DNA of 64,000 bases, from contig CAWHHI010000020.1 in the NCBI GenBank assembly GCA_963829055.1, forward strand, positions 64,001-128,000, written 5' to 3'. The position numbers were made by a program, and so were the translations under genes. Origin of the DNA: an uncultured Gemmatimonadaceae bacterium. GTDB taxonomy: Bacteria; Gemmatimonadota; Gemmatimonadetes; Gemmatimonadales; Gemmatimonadaceae. This document shows positions 54,099 to 61,844 of this stretch, piece by piece (within the stretch, counting starts at the first letter, position 1; each line of letters opens with the position of its first letter). The notes beneath the pieces were generated by a model that was given only the letters and a program-made list of their open reading frames with translations, was not told where the DNA came from and did no database searches.

Positions 54099-55064
54099 TC
54101 ACTGCGCCGCGGCTCCTGCCTCGCGCCTTTGTCGCAGCTCGGCCCGATACCGACCTGGCGGGAGCCCGCGTAGCCGCGAGAATGCGCGCGAGAATGCGAA
54201 CTCGGAGGTGTACCCGACGTCGCGCGCGATCATGCTCACGGCCTTGTCCGTCTCGCGCAGGTGCCGCGCGGCCAGCTCCATGCGCCAGCGCGTGAGATAC
54301 GAAAGCGGTGGCTCGCCGACCAGGGTCGAGAAGCGGCGCGTCAGTGTGGCCCGCGACAGGCTCACCTCGCGCGCGAGGGTCTCGATCGTCCATGGCGCTG
54401 CGGGGTCCGCGTGCAAGATCGAGAGCGCGCGCCCAATGGTCGGGTCACGCAGTGCCTGAAGCCAGGACGTCCCGGAGCAGTCCTCGGTGCCTAACCACGC
54501 GCGGATCACCTGAACGAACAGGACGTCGATCAGCCGGTCGATCACGGTCGCCGACCCGGACGTTCTTGCGGCGAGCTCGTGACGGAGGACGCGTAGCGTC
54601 GCCTGCACGGGGCTCCCCTCCGCCATCTCCTGTCCCGACAGGAACAGCACGGGTGGCATCAGCGACAGGAGCGGTTGTGCGACCTCGTGATCGTACTCGA
54701 ACCCCGCGCAGATGACGTGTGTCGAGCTCCCCCCGCCGGGGCCGTCGAACACGCATTCGTGCGCGGGATTCCCAGCTTGCCCCTCGGCGACCTTGCCCCA
54801 CGTTCGCGTCGGTCCGGCAGGAGCGCTCGCCACGATATGCGCTGCTCCGGTCGCCAGCAGTACGACGTCGCCCGGAAGCTGTTCGATTGGCGGTTGTCCT
54901 TTGACGCGCACCCAACACACGCCGGCGGTCACGGCGTGCAGCGTCGCCTTCGGGGTCCGCGGAAGGCTAATGCCCCACGGTCCTCGGGCGCGCAGGTTCG
55001 CCATCACGGCGCCACGCACACGCAGCACGTCGAGGACGTCGTCGAGCGGGCAACGGAGCTCCAT
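54099..55064 (-). CDS. AraC family regulator with Cupin_6 domain
   Basis: WTIETLAREVSLSRA, YLTRWRM, GYTSEFAFSRAF. Confidence 0.93.
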   Translation of the reverse strand: MELRCPLDDVLDVLRVRGAVMANLRARGPWGISLPRTPKATLHAVTAGVCWVRVKGQPPIEQLPGDVVLLATGAAHIVASAPAGPTRTWGKVAEGQAGNPAHECVFDGPGGGSSTHVICAGFEYDHEVAQPLLSLMPPVLFLSGQEMAEGSPVQATLRVLRHELAARTSGSATVIDRLIDVLFVQVIRAWLGTEDCSGTSWLQALRDPTIGRALSILHADPAAPWTIETLAREVSLSRATLTRRFSTLVGEPPLSYLTRWRMELAARHLRETDKAVSMIARDVGYTSEFAFSRAFSRLRGLPPGRYRAELRQRREAGAAAQ

Positions 55065-55089
55065 GCCAGGAAATATAGCCGAACAATGT

Positions 55090-55153
55090 CCATTCGCTGA
55101 ATGCGTGAGCCGAATGGGCAAAAAGACGCCACAGACAGTCATTCAGCGGCTCG
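55090..55153 (+). promoter_or_regulatory. Putative AraC-dependent promoter/operator, copy 2 (no target gene downstream)
   Basis: Direct repeat of 52010-52073, divergent from the araC start. Confidence 0.65.
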
Positions 55154-55250
55154 GCGTCGTCGGTTTGCTCGACCGGGCGTGACGGGCCACGTCGTCAGAT
55201 CATGCTGCTCCGTAGACTGAGTATCGAACGCTCGAGGATCTGTGGAAACC

Positions 55251-55341
55251 GCCTAACGCATAAGTTGAGCTGCAAGCGAACGCAGTAAGAGCGCGGCCCG
55301 CCGCTTCGGTAGCCCCCTTGTCAATGCAACGCACGTTAGGC
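55251..55341 (-). mobile_element. attC site (91 bp)
   Basis: GCCTAAC GTGCGTTGCATTGACAAG ... CTTGCAGCTCAACTTATGC GTTAGGC. Confidence 0.85.
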
Positions 55342-55423
55342 GACCGGTCACGATGCCGACTTCGTGTCGGCGCTGCTGATAGGAAGGCCTGCATACGCTG
55401 CTTACCCCAGAATATGGGCATTC

Positions 55424-55513
55424 GCCTAACGCCTGAAGTTCACCTGCAAGGTTGATCCGGCGGCACAACCGCCAGCACGATAGCGCCCTTGGCGAGTGCA
55501 ACGCACGTTAGGC
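55424..55513 (-). mobile_element. attC site (90 bp)
   Basis: GCCTAAC GTGCGTTGCAC...CAAG ... CTTGCAGGTGAACTTCAGGC GTTAGGC, 10 nt after the hicA stop. Confidence 0.88.
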
Positions 55514-55523
55514 GGTTACCGCG

Positions 55524-55746
55524 CTACGCCGCCACGAACTCTGGGACGGTGATCCGGATGTCGCGACAGATCTGGCGGAGTAGTGTGGGTGAGATATCTC
55601 GCCCCCGCGTGCATCGGGACAGTCGTGACGCGGCCGTCCGTGTGCCGAAACTGTTTGTGCGAGCCGCGTTGGCGGACCTCGACGAACCCGAGTCGCTCAA
55701 GGCGGGCGACCACTTCGCGCGGCTTGAGGACGGGGACGGACCCCAT
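55524..55746 (-). CDS. hicA: HicA toxin (frameshift near 55600)
   Basis: [16 protein letters not shown]...TTVPMH continuing as [12 protein letters not shown]. Confidence 0.9.
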
Positions 55747-55758
55747 GGTGTCGGCGGC

Positions 55759-55968
55759 CTACGCCACGAGGATAGTCTGCGTTCCAACGAACTCCGCCTC
55801 GAGCGGCGGGTCCCCGTCCTCCAGGAGCATCGCGATTACCTCGCGGAGGTTGGCATGCAACTCGTCGAGGCTGTCCCCCTGAGTGTGTGCCCCCGGAAAC
55901 CCGGGAACGTACCCGACGAAGACACCCGTCTCTGGATCGCGCTCAATTACGGCGGTGTAAGTGCGCAT
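55759..55968 (-). CDS. hicB: Short HicB antitoxin
   Basis: YVPGFPGAHTQGDSLDELHANLREVI. Confidence 0.9.
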   Translation of the reverse strand: MRTYTAVIERDPETGVFVGYVPGFPGAHTQGDSLDELHANLREVIAMLLEDGDPPLEAEFVGTQTILVA

Positions 55969-56025
55969 AATAGCTGAACTTATGCGGCATTCCAATCCAT
56001 GCAAGTCGATGGGTCCGGTGCATCC

Positions 56026-56282
56026 GCCTAACGCTCATCGTGCGGCGTTCGTGAAACGGATAACGGGGCGTGACCGCGCGAATACAGCGCTTCTTCGCCG
56101 TCTAATTCACGACAATGCGGCGAGGCTCAGGCCGCAGATGTAACCCCCGTCGTGCCAACCTGATACTTCCGAGCGACGCCACCGTCCGTGTTAGGCGGCG
56201 AGGCTCGCCGTATAACACAATGGCGACAGAGCACGTTTCGAACACACCCTGACCCCGCCGCTCTACATGCCGGACGCCTAAC
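56026..56282. mobile_element. Integron-platform-like element, copy B
   Basis: Homologous to 40998-41288; abuts the first cassette (hicBA) at GTTAGGC. Confidence 0.6.
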
Positions 56283-56402
56283 GCGCCATACCACCGGACG
56301 CCGGGTGCACAAGCGGGGCGGCTATCGTGTCAGCCCACGAAGCCTCGGCAGCCAGCACGATGGCTATTCCCAGCTACGCTGCAAGCTGATGTCTGGCCCA
56401 TT

Positions 56403-56810
56403 CTAGCGCGCGCGAACAGTCCGGACGTCGCGAAACTTCGTATTGTCCGCGAGTCGCAGTTCACCAACGAGACTGTCATTGCGTACGCGAAACTGCCAGG
56501 TGCCCTGCGGCATCACGCAGGTCAGCGGCCCATTTGTCGACGCGAAACGGCAGGTGAGGACCCCCATCTCCTGTTCCTCGCCGCGTACGATCTTTCGCGC
56601 GTCCACCGTCAGGCTGTCCGCGGCGTTCGTATGTGCTATCCGATAGACGACGATTTCGTCGTTGCAGGCCGAGGGGCGCACCAGGCACACCGAGGTACCG
56701 CGCCAGGTGCCCACTGGGGTCGCCGCCGCTGGCTGTGGAGATGGCGATTGAGCGCCCACGCCGCGCGCGAGCATGCTCACGACGACAAGGCCAGTAAGCC
56801 GAATCCTCAT
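56403..56810 (-). CDS. Hypothetical secreted protein
   Basis: Signal peptide; GTWRGTSVC...ACNDEIVVYRI. Confidence 0.75.
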   Translation of the reverse strand: MRIRLTGLVVVSMLARGVGAQSPSPQPAAATPVGTWRGTSVCLVRPSACNDEIVVYRIAHTNAADSLTVDARKIVRGEEQEMGVLTCRFASTNGPLTCVMPQGTWQFRVRNDSLVGELRLADNTKFRDVRTVRAR

Positions 56811-56866
56811 AGCCCCGCCTATCCTCACGTCCATTGGGATGCACCCCGTCGACATTGATGGTTCGT

Positions 56867-57217
56867 CTACGTTCGCAGGATCTTCTGCATGGGCCTGCCC
56901 TTCGCCAGTTCATCCACCAACTTGTCCAAGTATCGGATGTTGCGCATCAGCGGATCCTCGATCTCCTCGATTCGGACGCCGCAGATGATGCCGGTGATCT
57001 TGCTGGCATTTGGATGCAGCGCTGGCGCTTCGCTGAAGAAGGTCTCGAAGTCCTTCTTTCGTTCAATCTGCTCCGCGAGCGCGCTCGGACTGTAGCCCGT
57101 CAGCCAGCAGATGACTTCGTCCACTTCCTGCCGCGTGCGTCCTTTCGCTTCGGCTTTCTGGACGTAGTGGGGATATACGCTGGCGAAGGAAGTGGTGAAG
57201 ATCCGGTGCTTCTTCAT
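56867..57217 (-). CDS. DUF2200 protein
   Basis: [38 protein letters not shown]. Confidence 0.92.
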   Translation of the reverse strand: MKKHRIFTTSFASVYPHYVQKAEAKGRTRQEVDEVICWLTGYSPSALAEQIERKKDFETFFSEAPALHPNASKITGIICGVRIEEIEDPLMRNIRYLDKLVDELAKGRPMQKILRT

Positions 57218-57285
57218 GGGTTCCTCGGGTAGGCGCGGTCGAGCTCATACAACACCGCGGCGCCAGCCGCCGCTACCATCAAACA

Positions 57286-58905
57286 CTAGGCCCTGACCGT
57301 TCGACGAGCGCGGTCCTCCTCCCACTCGACGAATGGGCCATCGAAGTCCGTGAGCTGCGTGCCGTCGAACGACCACACGCGCGTTGCTACCTCGCGCAGG
57401 AACGCGCGGTCGTGACTCACCAGGAGCACGGAGCCTTCGTATTCGTCGAGCGCATCCTCGAGCGCCTCGATGTTCTCGACATCGAGATGGTTGGTCGGCT
57501 CATCGAGAATCAGGAGATTGGCACGCGCGAGCGTCATGAGCGCGAGCGCCACGCGAGCCCGCTCGCCACCGCTCAGTGTGCCGATCTCGCGTTGCACTTC
57601 GTCGCCGCTGAATCCGAACGCACCGAGACAATTCTGCACCTGGCCCCGGCTCCAGAGCGGCCGCTGATCCTGGATCGCATCAAACAGCGACTTGCGGAGC
57701 GGGAGGTCCGCGAGATCCTGCCGAAACCACGCGGGGGTGATCGATCCGCCGATCCTTGCCTCGCCACCCGCCGGTGCGCGATCGCCAATGATCGTGGAGA
57801 TGAACGATGACTTGCCCGCGCCGTTAGGCCCGACGAGCGCGACGAAGTCGTTCCGTCGGAGCACCGCCGTGAAATCCTCCACGAGGACGCGTCCGGGGAC
57901 TTCCACGCGCAGGTCCTCGATCGCGACCACCTGGTCGCCGCCGCGTTCCGCGGTTTCGAACTGCAGCGACATCGTCGCTGGGTCGCCAGGCGGCGGTGCG
58001 AGACGCGGCAGGCGCTCGAGTCGCTTGCGCTTGCCCTTGGCCTGGAAGGAGTTGACGCCGGCCAGGTTGCGACGGATGTACTCCTCTTCCTTCTTCACGT
58101 ACGCCCGCTGCTTTTCCAGCTCGCGCTCACGCGTTAGGCGTCGCTCGGCGCGCTGCGGGACGAACTGGCTGTAGTTCCCTCTGTACCACTCGCTCGTGCG
58201 CGCTTCCAGGTGCAGGATGTGCGTGGCGATGGCATCGAGGAACGCCCGGTCATGCGAGACGACGATGACCGTCTCGTTCGCGTCGCCGAGCCATTCCTGG
58301 AGCCACGTCGTGGTGTCGAGGTCGAGGTGGTTCGTGGGCTCGTCGAGGAGGAGCAGGTCAGCGGGCGCGATGAGCTGCGCCGCCAGGCCGACGCGTCCCC
58401 GCTCGCCACCCGAGAGCGACGACACCGGGCGCACCTTGGACTCCTCGGCGTCGAAGCCGAGGCCCTGAAGCACCGCGTCGACGCGAGCGTGGTAGATGTA
58501 GCCGCCCAGGTCCGCGAAGCGCTCCTGGTCGTTCCCGAACTGTTCGAGGAATTCGTCCGTGACGCGGTCGCCGAGCTCACCCAACTCGATGGCCTGTTCG
58601 GCGATTCGCTTCTCGAGAGCGATCACTTCGCGCCACGCCGCCGCGCCCGCGTCCCACACCGTGGTCGCGCCCTCGAAGGCGCGGTGCTGGTCGAGCAGGG
58701 CATGCCGAAGTCCCGGCTTGCGTGCAACGCTCCCCACCGTGGGTTTGAGATCCCCGGTGATGAGTTTGAAGATCGACGACTTGCCAGCGCCGTTGCGTCC
58801 AATGATGCCCCACCGCTCGCCGTCGGCGACGGTGAAGGTGATGTTCTTGAAGAGTTCCGTCGCGCCGAAGGAGACGCCGACGTTGGCGAGCGAGAGAAGG
58901 GTCAC
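57286..58905 (-). CDS. ABC-F family ATPase
   Basis: Two NBDs (GRNGAGKS/LSGGE/DEPTNHLD), no TM. Confidence 0.95.
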   Translation of the reverse strand: MTLLSLANVGVSFGATELFKNITFTVADGERWGIIGRNGAGKSSIFKLITGDLKPTVGSVARKPGLRHALLDQHRAFEGATTVWDAGAAAWREVIALEKRIAEQAIELGELGDRVTDEFLEQFGNDQERFADLGGYIYHARVDAVLQGLGFDAEESKVRPVSSLSGGERGRVGLAAQLIAPADLLLLDEPTNHLDLDTTTWLQEWLGDANETVIVVSHDRAFLDAIATHILHLEARTSEWYRGNYSQFVPQRAERRLTRERELEKQRAYVKKEEEYIRRNLAGVNSFQAKGKRKRLERLPRLAPPPGDPATMSLQFETAERGGDQVVAIEDLRVEVPGRVLVEDFTAVLRRNDFVALVGPNGAGKSSFISTIIGDRAPAGGEARIGGSITPAWFRQDLADLPLRKSLFDAIQDQRPLWSRGQVQNCLGAFGFSGDEVQREIGTLSGGERARVALALMTLARANLLILDEPTNHLDVENIEALEDALDEYEGSVLLVSHDRAFLREVATRVWSFDGTQLTDFDGPFVEWEEDRARRTVRA

Positions 58906-60377
58906 GCGGAGATGGAGGAAGGCTCAGGGAAGCTTTGGCGGGGCGCTGCTGCACGTGCACTCGGCCCCTTCATGCGCGACACGTCTCGAGCCACGCCGGC
59001 CAGCATGGAGTCGAGCTTCGCGCGATCGAGGTATCGCCCGCGCACCACGATACCATGGATGCGCCTGGTCGCGCTGATGTCGGCGACCGGGTTGCCGTCG
59101 AGGATCACCAGGTCCGACGCGGACCCTCGCGACAGCACGCCATGGCGCGACTCCCTGCCGAGCCAGCGCGCCCCGTTGATCGTCGACGCCTGCAGAGCCT
59201 GGAGCGGCGTCAACCCGGCCTTTACGAGGAGTCCCAGTTCATCGTGCAGGCCAATTCCGGGATAGTCGTACGAGTTCAGGAATCCGGCGTCGGTGCCGGC
59301 CAGGATCAGCACGCCCGATTGCTGCAGCAATGGAAGCTTCGAGCTCGAGAACTCGTAGTTCGCGTGCCGTCTCGCGATCGCTTCTGGCGTCGAGCCGGCC
59401 TGTCGCTCGATGCGCCAGGCATACGTCGCCCGCAGTCCGGGTCCAATGTACTTCAGGTATTCGTCCCTGGTGTGGTCCTCGCTGTCGAGCCAGGCCAGCG
59501 TGCGACTGATGTTGAGCGTCGGCGTAATCGCGGTGCCTCGTTCCGCCATGAATCGGTAGAGCGCGACCGCATTTGCCGAGTCGAATGATGACTGGTTGTC
59601 GGCGCCCGGCGCCCTCGGGATTCCCTCGCTGCCTCCGCGGATGGCGTACGACAGGTGTTCGATCGAGCCGAGTCCGAGCTCCACGGCCTCCCTGACAGGC
59701 ACGCCCGAAGGAATGTGCGCCGAGCTCTTCATGCCGCGCCGCCGGATCTCGCCTAACGCGTACCGGAACAGCTCGGGCTTGAGGGTGTTGTCCGTGAGTT
59801 TCACGAAGTCGACGCGCAGCCGCTGTAGGTTGTCGAGCGCGCTGTCCACGCCGGCCTGAGTCTCCACTTCGGTGTCGCCAGGCCAGATCGAGTTCTTCCC
59901 TTCGATCTTCGGGCCTGACGTGAAGATCATCGGACCGTCCAGCGACCCTCGGGCGACGGAATCACGCCAGGCCAGCACCGTCGACGACAGGTCTCCTGCG
60001 GCGTCGCGAACCGCCGTCACACCATGCGCGAGATACAGCGGCAGCAGCACGCGGTTCTCGTTGATCAGCGTGTCGCCGCCGCCGAAGTGCATGTGCATGT
60101 CCCACAGTCCGGGAATGACATGGCGCCCCGCGGCATTGATGACCTGCCGGGCGCGAAAGCGCGAGCCCTCGGCGGAATCGCCGATCGCGACGATCGTGTC
60201 CCCTCTGATGGCGATGACGCGACCCGGCGTGATGGCACCTGATCGCGTGTCCACCACGCGCGCCCGGGTGATGAGAAGGTCGACCGGGGTTCCTTGCGGC
60301 GCGCGGGCAGCCAGCGGCACCACCATTCCCGCCGCGACCAGCCCGACCATCGATACTGCATGGAGCCTGCGCATCAT
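58902..60377 (-). CDS. Secreted amidohydrolase
   Basis: IPGLWDMHMH, SIEH, AGTDAG, DLVILDGNP. Confidence 0.92.
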   Translation of the reverse strand: MMRRLHAVSMVGLVAAGMVVPLAARAPQGTPVDLLITRARVVDTRSGAITPGRVIAIRGDTIVAIGDSAEGSRFRARQVINAAGRHVIPGLWDMHMHFGGGDTLINENRVLLPLYLAHGVTAVRDAAGDLSSTVLAWRDSVARGSLDGPMIFTSGPKIEGKNSIWPGDTEVETQAGVDSALDNLQRLRVDFVKLTDNTLKPELFRYALGEIRRRGMKSSAHIPSGVPVREAVELGLGSIEHLSYAIRGGSEGIPRAPGADNQSSFDSANAVALYRFMAERGTAITPTLNISRTLAWLDSEDHTRDEYLKYIGPGLRATYAWRIERQAGSTPEAIARRHANYEFSSSKLPLLQQSGVLILAGTDAGFLNSYDYPGIGLHDELGLLVKAGLTPLQALQASTINGARWLGRESRHGVLSRGSASDLVILDGNPVADISATRRIHGIVVRGRYLDRAKLDSMLAGVARDVSRMKGPSARAAAPRQSFPEPSSISA

Positions 60378-60456
60378 CCTTCCTTGCGGGATCGTGCTTC
60401 AACACTCATGGAACCGTGCCGCGGTGTGACGCCCGAGTGCAGACGGCCCTGGAGAG

Positions 60457-61143
60457 TCAAGAGCGCGACCAGTTTGCTACAACTTGCTCGATCGTGGAAC
60501 GAACATGGGCGCGGGCCTCATGCCTGTCCCAGCCGGCGCCGAGCAGGCGATCGTAGTCGGTGTGAACGTGGCGAATGTGAGCGTTCACGGCCAGAGTAAT
60601 CGCCTCGGCGTCGAAGCGTTTGGCCTCGGCTGTCCGTCCAACTCTCCCCGAGTACTTGCGGCAGGCGTGTTCCGCGATCGCGACCGACTCCGGCTCGGGA
60701 CAGCTCGGATACAGAGCGCGAACGTGTCGAGCAAACTCGTCTCGGTAGTGCGCGTCGAGTTGAGCGTCACGTTCTGCTCGCCGCTCACGCATGCGTGCCC
60801 GAGCGTCGGCATCGGCGAGACACTCCTGCTCGGCTCGCGCCAGCGCGTTCTCCTCAACCAGGACTCCCTGACGTTCGTAGCGGTTCCGAGCACGACTGAA
60901 GCGGACGACGACCGCTTTCAAGGACGAATAGCGGCCGGCCCGTCGGGTCAGCGCTGCGTCGCCGCTGGGTAGGAAGACGAGGTGAGCCAGGTCGGCGCAA
61001 GAGAGACAGAGCGGACGCTCGCCCTCGAGGCGAAGCCATCGACCCTTGCCGAGCTCCTCGCCGCACTCGGCGCAGGTCGAATCGCGAAGGATCTCGAAGA
61101 CGACAAGATCCTCAGGTTTTGCTTTCTGCGGAGAGGAAGGCAT
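60457..61143 (-). CDS. DUF2293 domain protein with an N-terminal Zn ribbon
   Basis: CAEC...CLSC; SGRVGRT; AHIRHVHTDYDRLL. Confidence 0.85.
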   Translation of the reverse strand: MPSSPQKAKPEDLVVFEILRDSTCAECGEELGKGRWLRLEGERPLCLSCADLAHLVFLPSGDAALTRRAGRYSSLKAVVVRFSRARNRYERQGVLVEENALARAEQECLADADARARMRERRAERDAQLDAHYRDEFARHVRALYPSCPEPESVAIAEHACRKYSGRVGRTAEAKRFDAEAITLAVNAHIRHVHTDYDRLLGAGWDRHEARAHVRSTIEQVVANWSRS

Positions 61144-61196
61144 ACGCAGTGAACGACAAACGCAATGCCGTCGGCCACGCCGGTCGATACGAGTTG

Positions 61197-61637
61197 CTAG
61201 TGCGCGGCGCGTTGTGCCGCGACGTAGTCGCGGAGCACGTCTGCCTCTGTCTCGAGCTGCCGAAGGCGATCCTTGAGGAGGTCGCCCACCGAGAGCACGC
61301 CGACGAGCTTGCCCTCGTCGAGCACCAAAAAGTGTCGCTGCCGCTGCGCCGTCATGCGATGCATCGCGTCTGCGATCGCGTCGTCGGCCTCGCATGTGGG
61401 CGCCGGGCGCATCAGGTCGTGAACACGACGCGAGCCAAACGTGAACGGCGTTTCGTGCGCGGCGCGCACGACGTCACGCTCGGCGAGAATTCCGACGACG
61501 CTGCCGTCATCGGCGAGCACCGGCAGACCACCGATGTTGTGTCTCATGAGCAGGCCGATTGCCGTGCTCAGGTCGTCTTTCGCCTGAACGGTAATGACCT
61601 TGTCCGCCTTGGCCCTGATCAGATCTCGAACGCGCAT
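61197..61637 (-). CDS. CBS domain protein
   Basis: VGILAERDVV, LVGVLSVGDLLK. Confidence 0.9.
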   Translation of the reverse strand: MRVRDLIRAKADKVITVQAKDDLSTAIGLLMRHNIGGLPVLADDGSVVGILAERDVVRAAHETPFTFGSRRVHDLMRPAPTCEADDAIADAMHRMTAQRQRHFLVLDEGKLVGVLSVGDLLKDRLRQLETEADVLRDYVAAQRAAH

Positions 61638-61844
61638 ACGTGCCTCGAATTCTTATGTGCCCATCTATCAATATAGAGGCGTCGCGAGCAGGAGGTATCG
61701 CCCGAACGTACCATGACACCGTCTCGTGTGGCGGCCATTTCCACGATACGAAAACGGGCGAGAGGTGGGTGAATGGCGCGCGAAGCGGCCCCGAGGATAG
61801 GGCTCGCGCCGAGATGAACGGTGAGCCGGCACCCTGTCTCGTGC

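Noticed and set aside
54060..54459. Novel C-terminal domain fused to the alkene reductase
   Set aside because: It is the antisense shadow of the araC 3' end after a lost stop codon
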